This document shows, piece by piece, positions 51,989 to 63,030 of a DNA stretch of 64,000 nt (the first letter of the stretch is position 1; each line of letters begins with the position of its first letter). The translations under genes were made by a program, and so were the position numbers. Origin of the DNA: a virus; IMG/VR virus record IMGVR_UViG_3300007734_000759, positions 95,436 to 159,435 of that record. One strand, written 5' to 3'. The notes under the pieces are model-generated. The model saw only the letters and a list, made by a program, of their open reading frames with translations. It was not told where the DNA came from and made no database searches.

Positions 51989-52750
51989 ATGAACAAATTT
52001 AACATTGCCCAAGCCAAACGTCAAACAGGATTGTCTTACATCGGTGGAGTAAGCTTAAGCTCTAAGATGGAGAAGTCTGAGAACTACAATGAGTTGACTT
52101 ATGTAATCTATTTAGCTCCTGCTAAGTTGTCAGGTTACAATGTATGTCCTCAAGCATCCTCTCACTGCATCGCAGCTTGCTTACATGAGTCAGGACAGAA
52201 CCGAATGGACATTCACGAAAATAGAATCAACAAAGCAAGGATCAAGAAGACTAAGTTATTCTATGAGGACAGAGAGTTATTTGTTCGATGGACTGTTGAG
52301 GAGATCCGTAAAGCCAAAGCCAAGGCAGATAAGGAAGGTAAGGCATTCTCAGTTCGACTAAATGGAACTAGTGACCTATCTCCAGAGCTATTCAAGTTGG
52401 AAGGTAAGAACATCTTAGAGATCTTTCCGGACATTCAATTCTATGATTACACTAAGGTAGCTAAGAGGTTAGCTCTTGTTAACAAGTATCCTAACTACGA
52501 TCTAACTTATTCATTCTCAGGGGATAACTGGGAGCAGTGTGAGCAAGCATTAGGAGAAGGTTTCAGGATCAGTGTAGTTTTCGATAAGCTCCCTCAGCAG
52601 CACTTAGGTTACAAAGTTGTAGATGGAGACATTTATGATATGAGGTACAAAGATCCTTCTAACTGTATTGTAGGGTTGAAGTTCAAGAAGGTACGAACTA
52701 AGATTGACTTTTCCTCTACTCCTTTTGTAATTCAAACCAACTGTGGTTGA
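51989..52750 (+). CDS. Gp88-like Cys-rich phage protein
   Basis: YLAPA...NVCP.AS..C..ACL, VRLNGTSD, FYDYTK, YDLTYS and DGD..D.R. Confidence 0.7.
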   Translation: MNKFNIAQAKRQTGLSYIGGVSLSSKMEKSENYNELTYVIYLAPAKLSGYNVCPQASSHCIAACLHESGQNRMDIHENRINKARIKKTKLFYEDRELFVRWTVEEIRKAKAKADKEGKAFSVRLNGTSDLSPELFKLEGKNILEIFPDIQFYDYTKVAKRLALVNKYPNYDLTYSFSGDNWEQCEQALGEGFRISVVFDKLPQQHLGYKVVDGDIYDMRYKDPSNCIVGLKFKKVRTKIDFSSTPFVIQTNCG

Positions 52751-52849
52751 GTTTCTTAACAAATGTTAAAATAAAAGGGAAGGTGTTTCTTAATCGAAAT
52801 ATCTTCCCTATCTTTAAGTATTGAAAGTAAAACACTAAAATAAAAAGTT

Positions 52850-55800
52850 ATGAACAAGATTAAAACATCCATTAACCAAGTCAAATCTCGATTGGTTGCA
52901 CACGTGAACTCATCAGTAAAGGACTTAGAGGATATGCTACGTAGTGATGCAAAGATTAACATAGACCGAGGAGATTACGAAGACGCAGCTGACATGCTCA
53001 AAGACATTGCTCGTCACAAGAACGATGCAGAGCAGTTAATTGCTATGATTGAAGGTAGTCGATTTGCTGGAGCTATTATTCACAACATCGAGGATAACAT
53101 CGATTGGTTTGGTCCATACTTCATGGAAGATACTTTAGAGCTAGTCTCTATAATGTTTGATACACAATTTGAAGTAGACCATTGATATGATTTTATACAA
53201 GGACTTAATCAAGCAGGCTCACAAGTTGGGCCTGCACACGAAGGGACTCACTTACAGTCAGATCCTAAGAGCAGTACAAGTAGAACAATCTAAACAAAAA
53301 TAAAGGTTATGAAGAAAGTAATTATTTTAGTAGGAGCACTATCATTCTTTGCATTAGCTCTCTACATCACCAACGGAGGAACAAAGACAGGCAAGCAGGT
53401 CTGGAATGAAACATTTAGTACGACTGATACGGTTGTTGTAGTGGTTAAATAATTAAACAAAAATAAGATATGGGGTTTTTCAGTTTCCTAACACAAGACA
53501 CAGACAAGTCGATTGCAAGCAGCTACAGCAACAGACCAACGTTCACTGTCCACATGGTAGACGATAAAGGTAACGTATGGAAGGAAGAGAACTATGAAGG
53601 GTATGGAGAGTTTGGAGGAAAGGATTACTACGAATTACTTTCAGAGATGAATGGTGGTACAGGTGATCGAGGTGAAGGTATCTCAATGGCCTTTGATGGA
53701 GATGGTAGAGGACGTAATCCAAGCGTCAAGCATCCCAACTTAGTTGAGGTTGTTAGTGGTTGGGAGTACACTCCAGAGGCTCCTCTCTCATGTCCGGATC
53801 AAGGATACTTTTATGGTACTGATGATGAGTACGAGTACGAGGATGATGATTGGAATAATGATGAAGGAGATAGTACTCAGTATGATGACTGAGGTTAAGT
53901 TTCTTAACAAATCTTAACAAAGTTGCTAATCAAATTCTCTCAGCGTATCTTTAAGTATTGAAAAACAAAACAAGTTATGTCATACAAACTAATCTTTAAA
54001 GTAGAGGTAAAAGACCCAAGGGGTAACCTCAAATTGTTTAAAACCTTTGTCAATGAGAACACAGCAATGTTATCTCACTACTTAGTAGGTCCAACAGGTA
54101 CAAGCTTCTCCATTAGTAACATGCAGTGCAAAGGATGGAAACCTGATCACTTAGATGAGTTGAGAGATGAGGATAGCGGTCAAGTTCAGTTAATCAAGTT
54201 AGTAGAGTACATCGATTCAGGATTGTACACTCGAGTACCTGGAACCTTAAAAATGTTTATGAACTATAATGGGGAGGTAGTGTAATGGCTATATACAATA
54301 CTGACGTAGATCCAAACGTAACAATGTGGAACAAACAAAATGAAAAACCTACTATGAAAAAATTTACTGTAACTACATCAGCACCTTGCACTCAATACTG
54401 GACGTATGAGATTGAAGCTGAGACAGAAGAGCAGGCAATTGAGATTGCTTTAAGTGGAGAACATGATCCAGATGACTACTATGTAGAAGATGATGGATGG
54501 AATGACATTGAAGTATTCGAGTCGTATGAGATTGATGAAAATGGATTTCCTAAACAACAAGACAATGACAGTACAGGAACTAATTGAGAATTTAGAGTAC
54601 CTCAAAGAAGAGTACGGAGCAGATACTGAGGTGATGTTTTCTTACACCGCTTCTGACTACTGGAAGACTGAGCTAGCACGAAACGTCAATGATGTGGATC
54701 TCAAAGCAGTAGCGTTTAGTAGCTACCATAGAACAGACAAGATTGTGGACTTAGAGGATTATGATGAGGATGATCAAGAGCCTAGTTCCGATAAAAAAGT
54801 AATAGTAATTAGCTAACCTTAAACAATAAAGATTTGAATAGCACCATAGTAAGAGATTATTTAGAACAAGCAGTAATGCTGCTTTTGGAAGTACAAGACC
54901 AAGTAGATGATGAAACAAGTCAAGCAATAGATGACCTATTAGATAAGATAGATCTCGAAATGGAGTTTGAAGAATATGATGAGCAGCTACCTACTACTTT
55001 ACAAAATGAATTAACCAAGTTAGGGATCAAGTGGAACCAAGGGTAAGTTTCTTAACAAATCTTAACAAAGTTTCTCTTTCCATTTTCTCAGCGTATCTTT
55101 AAGTATTGAAAGAAAACAACTAAACAAATAAAGGTTATGGCTAAGACTAAAACAAACAAGCAGGTGCTTACAAAAGCAATCAAAGAGATGAACGACTTCT
55201 CTGTAGCAATCCTAAGAGCTCACATCTTAGACTACTGTGATTCTATTTTGAATCTAAATGCAGATCAGTTGGAGGAGCAGTATGGTAAATCATTTATCGC
55301 TCCAGCACTATTAGTGTCTGTGGCACAAGAGATCAAATCTAAAGTAGACTTTTCAAACTGAGGACCTATGAAGACTATCGATTACAACAAACATATTTGG
55401 GAAGGGTGGACTGTAGGAGACTTTGTACAAGAGTTACAACCACACTTCGACTCTATCGTAAGTAATGCTAGACAGTGGGGTAGTGAACCTTTTCAAGCTG
55501 AAGGAAGCAGTCTAAAGGAGTGGTGCATGAGTGAACAACCATACTACAAGAAACACATTCCAGGAGTTTACAATCACTTCAAAAATCAATTAACAAAATA
55601 AGGTATGCTAAAAATTACAAGAGGAACAGGTTTCCAAATGACATTCGAAAACGGATGGACTATTTCAGTACAGTTCGGATTTATGAACTACTGCGGTAAT
55701 AGAGGTAGAGAAGATTCGTACCAGCCTGAGGGGATCCATAACTCCTACGATGCTGAGATTGCTATTTGGGATAGTGAAGGTTCATGGTACAACTTCGAGG

Positions 55801-55877
55801 ACGGTGATACAGTTAAAGGCCACTGTAGTGCTGATGAAGTGGCTACTTGGATTGAGTTTACTAAAAATCAAAAGTAA
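52850..55877 (+). other. Small, mostly acidic early genes (52850-53185, 53470-53892, 53977-54285, 54285-54587, 54565-54816, 54834-55046, 55137-55361, 55368-55601, 55605-55877)
   Basis: Cassettes headed by promoters at 52809, 53946 and 55094. Confidence 0.6.
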
Positions 55878-56257
55878 TGGCTACAAGATCAAGAATAGCT
55901 GTTAAGCAGCAAGACGGAACTATCGATTCAATCTATTGTCACTTTGATGGTTACCCTTCAGGTGTAGGTGATGTTCTTATTAACTATTATTCACGTAAGG
56001 AAGCAGACCAGTTAATGCAAGGTGGTGACATTAGTACATTAGGGGATGATCCTGAGCATTGTAAGAAGTATCAGGATGCTGGACGCAAGTACCTCGATCT
56101 CAACTCCTTCTTCGAGAATCTTGGTAACAGGGGTGAAGAGTATGGTTACATTCTTATGGAGGACGATCAATGGTACTGTGTTCCTGTAGTGGGAGATGGT
56201 GTAGGAGAGTTGCAATTAGTTACAAAGGTGTTATCAGAGAGAGGTGGAATTTCTTAA
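55877..56257 (+). CDS. Conserved phage protein (MATRSRI...YCHFDGYP family)
   Basis: MATRSRIA...SIYCHFDGYPSGVG...GDIS.L...EEYGY. Confidence 0.7.
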   Translation: MATRSRIAVKQQDGTIDSIYCHFDGYPSGVGDVLINYYSRKEADQLMQGGDISTLGDDPEHCKKYQDAGRKYLDLNSFFENLGNRGEEYGYILMEDDQWYCVPVVGDGVGELQLVTKVLSERGGIS

Positions 56258-56344
56258 CAAATGTTAAAATAAAAGGGAAGGTGTTTCTAAATCGAAACAC
56301 TTTTCCTATCTTTAGGTATTGATAAACAACTAAACAAATAAACC

Positions 56345-57163
56345 ATGAACACTTCAGTAACCAAAGCACTAAGAGAAGTTCTACTTGAACTCTTTGCGTA
56401 CACACCTAAAAGAGAAGTCTACTCTGATGTCCGGAAGGGTGGTGAAGCAATAGGAGTAAAGTTTGTAGGTCTTAAACTAACTGATGATGAGCTAGACCAA
56501 GTAAGACATCAGATGGAAGCTCGAGGCTTCATTCATCACTACAGTAGAATGAATGCTCAAGGATGGACTACAGGAACAAGATTTTGTTATTCTCCACCTG
56601 GGGTTGAGATTGTTAAAAAACCTAAACAAAATAAAATAACTAAAGTTATGAGCACGCCTAAAATGTACGAAGTCCATCTTAAAGACATTATGAAGATCCA
56701 CGACATAGCTTGTGATACGTGGAAGGAGATCATTATGAATAACTACATCTCTAAAGTACATAACCTAAAACTAACCTACACCTTCTTTCAAGGTGATGTA
56801 GATAAGATGTTCAATGCGGCAACAGCAGAACAAGTACCTGTACTTGAAGAAGTGTTTGGTAAACAGGTCGAGAAGATTCAATGGAGTAAGATCAAGACAG
56901 GATCTAAAGTCAAGATCAAATACTCAGGTGAGCATTGTAGTGGGTGGAGATGGGATATGGATGAGACTAGAGAAGTAGATGTAGTATTTTTTGGTACTGA
57001 ACATTACATCCGTGAAAATGGTACGTTTGTTGGTAAACAATCCCTCTACAACCACTACTTCACCTTCCATACACATGATGATAGGACAAATAAATTCGTT
57101 TTGTTTGCATCTAACCACTTTGACGACTGTAAGAACTTTATAGTAGAGGTTATTGAGTATTGA
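56345..57163 (+). CDS. Hypothetical protein, possibly two fused genes
   Basis: In-frame internal AAATAAAATAACTAAAGTTATG start context at 56648. Confidence 0.55.
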   Translation: MNTSVTKALREVLLELFAYTPKREVYSDVRKGGEAIGVKFVGLKLTDDELDQVRHQMEARGFIHHYSRMNAQGWTTGTRFCYSPPGVEIVKKPKQNKITKVMSTPKMYEVHLKDIMKIHDIACDTWKEIIMNNYISKVHNLKLTYTFFQGDVDKMFNAATAEQVPVLEEVFGKQVEKIQWSKIKTGSKVKIKYSGEHCSGWRWDMDETREVDVVFFGTEHYIRENGTFVGKQSLYNHYFTFHTHDDRTNKFVLFASNHFDDCKNFIVEVIEY

Positions 57164-57261
57164 GGTTGAGTTTCTTAACAAATGTTAAAATTGATACGGG
57201 GGTGTTTCTAAATCGAAACACTCTTTGTATCTTTAAGTATTGAAAGAAAACAAAACAAGTT

Positions 57262-60200
57262 ATGATAAGTAAAGTACTAGCGACTAAGTTACAAAAGACC
57301 TTTGAGGAGTGTATTGTACAGGTGTATAGCAGAGGCGGTTACACACCAGAGCAAGCTCAGGATTGTGTCCTTAAAGTTGTCAACGAGTTCAAACCTCCTG
57401 TGACGGTACATAGTGTTAAGGAGTTGATCGGTACATTACAATTAGTCTTCCTGGACAAGACACCACACCAAGTAGTAAAAGAATTATTAAAATAAAGGTT
57501 ATGAGTAAACAACAAACAAACTACGACAAAGTAGTAGGACGTAACGGACAAGAGATTTACATTCTCGACTACACATTCAAACATGACGATGGTTTCCAAG
57601 GAGCAGTAGGAACAGTAGTAGTTGGTCTTACCCCAGAGATGGAGAACTATATGAACTCCAACCAATGGTTATTGGAACGATGGTATGATGTTTTCAGTCC
57701 AGACGGGAAGAAGACAGAGCAGGAGGTCATAGATGAGATCGATAGGGAAATTGGCTTGGGTAACTTCGAACCATTCGAGACGTACCACGATGATGAAGAA
57801 CTGCTTGAACTACAGTACAGCAAAGACAATAACTTTGTAGCGTTTGAGGTAATAGGATGTGGTAGATGTTTCAAAGAAGACCAAACGTTTGAAGAGGTAT
57901 TCAACGAAGAACTACTCCAAGAGATCTTAAAGTATGAAGGAGCGATACTAAACACAAAGCAAAGAGAAGCAGTGATAGAGATTATACACAAGTTAGAACA
58001 GATCGATGTAGATGGAGAGACCCTTGAGTATATCATAAGAGGATTAGGTATGGAGGATCAGATGCTAAGACAATTAGTTATGACCTTACCCTTACAGCAA
58101 ACTCTACAACTCATACAGGAGAGGGTAGAATTGTTAACAAATCTTAACAAAGCTTGACAATCAACAAATCAGTTGTATCTTTAGGTATTGAAAGTTAAAC
58201 AATAAAACAAAACAAGTTATGGAAATGTTCGGTTTAAGAGGTTCAGTAGCCTACAAAGAGGCTCAAGGATTATCAAAGGTATGGGCAGCGTATGCCAACG
58301 AATGCGCAGGAGCATGGATCGAGTCAGTAGGGTTTAATCCAAACTCAGGTTATGTGTACATCTCTTTAGAGAATGGTATTCAGATCTGCTCTTGTTTAGG
58401 ACAGGATGTGGAGTATATAAAAGTAGACTTCAACACAGGAGAGGAAACATCCTACGATTCTTACTACGAAGCATACCTCGACCAATCGCAGGATGAGGAG
58501 ATCGAAGGGTAAGTTTCTTAACAAATCTTAACAAAGCTTGATTATCGAATTAGTGTGTGTATCTTTAAGTATTGAAAGAAAACAAAACAAGTTATGAAAA
58601 AGTATTACAAGTTCAAAGTGGAGTCCGGATGGGAGACCACACAACCAACTCAAATCATTGGTCAAGATAATATGGAGCAAGACTCCCAACAGGAGCTAGA
58701 CAGCTGGATCCAAATGATGAACAAGTCTGCAAATACTGAAGAGGATGCTAGATTCTTACAGGCCATTGCAGATGAGTTCGGAGGTATTGGAGAAAGAGAG
58801 TTCGGACGCTTAGTGTACGTAGGAGAAGAGGAGTTCTTTGTTTATGTAGATCAAGACAGTGCAGTGTACAACAACTGGATTAACCAAGACGGAGACATTG
58901 ATGATGAGCAGTCAGTAGACTACTTAGCGGAGTTATGTGATGCGTGGTAATAGACAAAGTAAATAAAAAGTTATGAAAAAGCAAACAGCAGTCGAGTGGT
59001 TAATTAAGGAATTGATTAATTACGATAAACTACTTGATGGTAAAAGAAAAAATGATGACGCTACAGTGTTCAAAGCAAATCCTACTAAGATTTATGACCA
59101 AGCCAAAGCAATGGAGAAGGAGCAAATAATAGATGCTTGGGATAATGGATGTGAAGATGATGGCATTATTGATAATGCAGAACAATACTACAACGAAACA
59201 TATAAACAAGACATATGAAAGAGACAGAACGTCAAAAGATACTACTTGAAATAAGAACGTTTTCTGATGATCCAGATAGTATGAAAGGAGATCCTTTAGA
59301 ATGCTTAGCTCAGTTATGCTCATTTATGGCAGTAGTATTTGGACTAGGAACACTAACACTAGTAGTTGAAATAATAATGTACTTAAATAAATAAAAAGTT
59401 ATGGCAGTAGTTATCTGTATGTTATTCTTGATCATGGTTGGTCTAGGGAATATGAATAAGAAAAACAATCGGTACAATAAGAACAAATAAGTAGACATGG
59501 AACAGAACACTAAAATCAAATTACAACTATTCGAAGAGTACACAACCAGGAGGTGGTACAATGAGATTGAGATTGATACTAATGACTATCCACAACTCAA
59601 GGGTAAGACTCAGCAAGAGATCGAAGACCTTATTCGAATGGATGGAGAGATTCTGAAGAACGAGCAAGAGGAGTGGCTAGCAGACTTGCTAAGAGATGAT
59701 ATAGACGATGAAGATACGAACTACTCAGACTACCGTATTGATATTAACCAAACAGCAGCACAACAATGAGCACAGACAATTCACTTACATTCATTAAGTA
59801 CACCTTACAAGACATAGACAAAGAGATCTACAAGATTGAAGGTAACGGACGTAAGCTCCTTGAGCTTAATGCTACAATAGCAAGGGCAAGGTACTTAGTA
59901 GACCAAATGATTGAAGAGCAAACAGAAGGAACAGATGAGTAACAATAACAACATGAGGGATCAATTCCCAGGTATAGCAAAAGTAGACTCGCTAATAGAC
60001 TTTATAGCAGGAGCAATAACAGCCCTAGGATGGATCTATATGTTCATCTACATGCTCTCAGGTTGGTACCTATTACTCAAAGTAAGAAGCAAAGACCAGT
60101 GGTATAAAAGTATGGATTGGGCAACAAGAGTACTTGCACTGTGGGCACTAAGCTTTTTGGTAGGTATGATAATAATACTGATAGTAGGGAACACCCCAAC

Positions 60201-60396
60201 TCGTATGAACTGGTTGATTGCCTACCCCTTCGCCTTCATAGCTTTTGTAGGAATGATAGGAGGATTGGTGGTTAGAGTACTAGCGTACTGCATCAATTGG
60301 GTAGGTAGTACAAGAGAGAGTAATAAGGTTGAGAGTAAGGAGATCGAGTTTGCAAAGAAGCAAGGGTGGTATACTCCTACTAAGAAGTGGAAGTAA
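57262..60396 (+). other. Early hypothetical genes (57262-57495, 57501-58157, 58219-58512, 58594-58950, 58973-59218, 59497-59769, ~59935-60396 membrane)
   Basis: Cassettes headed by promoters at 57228, 58176 and 58560. Confidence 0.6.
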
Positions 60397-60578
60397 AAAG
60401 TGTGTGGAACAAAAGTACGACAATATATATAGATATATTTATATATGGATAGGATGAGTATAAAGAAAGAGGTGAGGGAAGGAGAGAAGGGAAAAGGAGA
60501 TAAGTTGAAAGGGACCTCTAGACCTTCAGACAAATTCCCTATAGGAGAATATATATCGAATCGATCGAATCGACATTC

Positions 60579-61071
60579 TTTTCTACAGGATTTTCTACGG
60601 GAATTTTCTACAAGGTTTTTCTACGTGGATTTTCTGCTCCAATTTTCTACTCGAGAAACCTCAGGTATATTTTCTACTCGAGGATCCCTTCAGAACCTGT
60701 GCTAACAAAGTGTTACAAAAGATAAAAACAAAAAGATGAACCAAGATACCAAAACACAAAAAGGAAAGCATACACCCCGTGATATCACTGATGCAATGTT
60801 CATGTGGAGTAAGGAAGAAGGAATAGGGATCCGGAAGGCAAGAAAGAAAATGGATCATAGCCTAAAGGAATACCTGGGGGAGGATATAAAAGAAGTAGAT
60901 TTTCTATTAGGGATCCCTGGGATATTTTCTCTAAGGGGGATATTTATTAGGGAAGTATCTCTACTAGATTTTCTAATAAGGAAACGAGCCTAGGGCCCAC
61001 AATAAAAAGAAAAGTACTTAGTTTTTCTACTTCCTCAGTTCTTTCAGATTTTCTACAAAAAGATTTTCCGG
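60579..61071. repeat. Iterated TTTTCTA(C) motif array
   Basis: Copies at 60579, 60591, 60604, 60617, 60630, 60643, 60670, 60900, 60925, 60969, 61023, 61049 and 61064. Confidence 0.75.
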
Positions 61072-61349
61072 AGTAGGGTTCAAGTCGCACTAGACACCCC
61101 AGAGCGAAAGTCATGCTAGAGAAGCAGACATATTAAAAAAGATTATCCTGGAAGGTCTTAGACGCTTCCTTTCCCTGTTTGCTGTAAAAGCAATGCATAA
61201 AGATACTCACATTCCTTAAAGTGATCTTCAACGCTTGTTTAAACTTTTTAAGAAAATTATCCTCTCGATTCTTAAAATTTCTTAACAGCGTTTCTCTTTT
61301 CAGATTCTCTTCTTATCTTTATGATATGAAACAAACAAACACATCTGTT

Positions 61350-61616
61350 ATGAAAGATCAAAAGAAAGTTATGTTCGAAGACGTCGAGTACTTCGTAGAG
61401 TTCGAATCATCAAATCATCAAGAAGTAGTAGACTACTTTAACTCAGTCTGTATAGAAGAATTTAAGACTACTGTAGACAACTCTCTAGAGTGTGATGAAG
61501 ATGACTATCAAGAGAATGATAAGTACTACTTACTAAGAGATAAGAGTGAAGGACCTGTAGGATCTACACAACCTGCTTTTATAGTATATGAAAGTACTGT
61601 TGAGATTCTAGACTGA
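61350..61616 (+). CDS. Acidic hypothetical early protein
   Basis: Follows the promoter at 61314; start is 61350 or 61326. Confidence 0.6.
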   Translation: MKDQKKVMFEDVEYFVEFESSNHQEVVDYFNSVCIEEFKTTVDNSLECDEDDYQENDKYYLLRDKSEGPVGSTQPAFIVYESTVEILD

Positions 61617-61719
61617 TCTTTAGAGAAAAGAAGAGAGAGACGTATTTCTTAAAATTTCTTAACAACGTTTCTCTCTTCAACTTCTCTCAGTATCTTTACA
61701 TCATCAAACAAAAACAGTT

Positions 61720-62058
61720 ATGAAAAAGTATTTGAAAGTAGTAGAAGGTTCAAGAGGAGAGGTTGAGTCTTTAGAATTAGTTGAAACGTCCTTAGAGTTG
61801 ATTAAGGAGGGGTTGGACAAGCTTGTTGAGAGTTTGAAGCAGGAGGGGGAGTTGGACCTTAAATACATTGAGGAGTTTACTGGATGTTGGGAGGATAAGG
61901 ATAGTGGATTGATTATGGTAGGACAGGGTGAGGAGGATGGAACTACTTATGTGGACTATGAAATGTATAAGGAGCAGATTGATGAGATATTAAAGGATGA
62001 GGATGACGAGAGTTTGATCTATGACTTTTTAGATGAGGTTAGAGGTTGTAATTCTTAA
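61720..62058 (+). CDS. Acidic hypothetical early protein
   Basis: Follows the promoter at 61691. Confidence 0.65.
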   Translation: MKKYLKVVEGSRGEVESLELVETSLELIKEGLDKLVESLKQEGELDLKYIEEFTGCWEDKDSGLIMVGQGEEDGTTYVDYEMYKEQIDEILKDEDDESLIYDFLDEVRGCNS

Positions 62059-62140
62059 AAAACCTTAACAGAGTTGCTAACTCAAATAGCTCAGCGTATC
62101 TTTAAGTATTGAAAAAATAAACAAACTAAACAAATAAGTT

Positions 62141-62383
62141 ATGAAAAACACCACAAAGACCCCAACCGCAAAACAAGTAGCAGACTTAGTAGCTGAAACT
62201 TTGAAGGACCAAAACTTAACTGTAGAGGTCAAAGCTCCAACAAAGAGTGACGTAGCAAGAGAGATGTTGAAAGGAGACATGACCTTGACTTTGAAACCTA
62301 TCAACGTGGAGCTTACAAAGAGAGGAATGAAGACTATGTACTACAGTGAATTTCTACGTGTAAAGAACAGTCTAAAAAAATAA
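62141..62383 (+). CDS. Basic hypothetical early protein
   Basis: Follows the promoter at 62097. Confidence 0.65.
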   Translation: MKNTTKTPTAKQVADLVAETLKDQNLTVEVKAPTKSDVAREMLKGDMTLTLKPINVELTKRGMKTMYYSEFLRVKNSLKK

Positions 62384-62390
62384 GGACTGT

Positions 62391-62455
62391 GAATTTTCTG
62401 AGGGGGATTTTCTATTAGGTCCTCCTCAGGATTTTCTACACGCAGATTTTCTATA
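62391..62455. repeat. Second ATTTTCT cluster
   Basis: Copies at 62394, 62408, 62432 and 62447. Confidence 0.6.
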
Positions 62456-62545
62456 GTGCAATTTCTTAAATTTTCTTAACGGATTTGCTACTAAACTTTT
62501 CTGTGCGTATCTTTAGGTATAGTTCAACAATAAACAAAAACAGTT

Positions 62546-62914
62546 ATGACAATCCGAGAAATTCAAACCCTAGTGCAACAAGCCCCTGGGTCAATCTACA
62601 CAAGAGAAGATGTGATCTCTTTGCTAAACCGGATCACCTTTCCAGAAGCAAAACCACAAGGTGAGGTAAACATTGATCATTTGATTGAGATCCTGGAAGA
62701 GAGTATGGACAACCTAAATAGACGTATGGACTCCTACTTAGATAAAAACTTCGACACTAGTAACGACTACGGCGGCTCTATAACCATTGAGTGTGAGGTA
62801 ACCATGGACACAAGCTCCTTCGTAAGGGATGCAATAGAGGAGGCCAGGGAGGACATCGAGAAGTTGTTCGAAGGTCCATCCTCAGAGACAGAGGAGCCTA
62901 AGGTGGAGTGGTAA
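62546..62914 (+). CDS. Hypothetical early protein
   Basis: Follows the promoter at 62508; SIYTREDVISLL. Confidence 0.65.
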   Translation: MTIREIQTLVQQAPGSIYTREDVISLLNRITFPEAKPQGEVNIDHLIEILEESMDNLNRRMDSYLDKNFDTSNDYGGSITIECEVTMDTSSFVRDAIEEAREDIEKLFEGPSSETEEPKVEW

Positions 62915-63030
62915 AGACATAGACGCAGACAAAGAGGATTTTCATAGCCTTTTTGTTTGATGAAGACAGCCCTGGGAATTTTCTTCCTGGGGTTCGTCGT
63001 TTTAGAGAGATCCGTTGATATTTATATACG

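Noticed and set aside
60445-60993. ORFs 60445-60705 and 60736-60993 as real proteins
   Set aside because: They largely translate the TTTTCTA repeats and purine tracts, so they were not called. 60736 cannot be fully excluded.
61071-61200. Small hairpins (GGAAGGTC-TTA-GACGCTTCC; TTGC/GCAA) and GGGTTCAAGTC as a tRNA or ncRNA
   Set aside because: No cloverleaf or coherent larger fold could be built.
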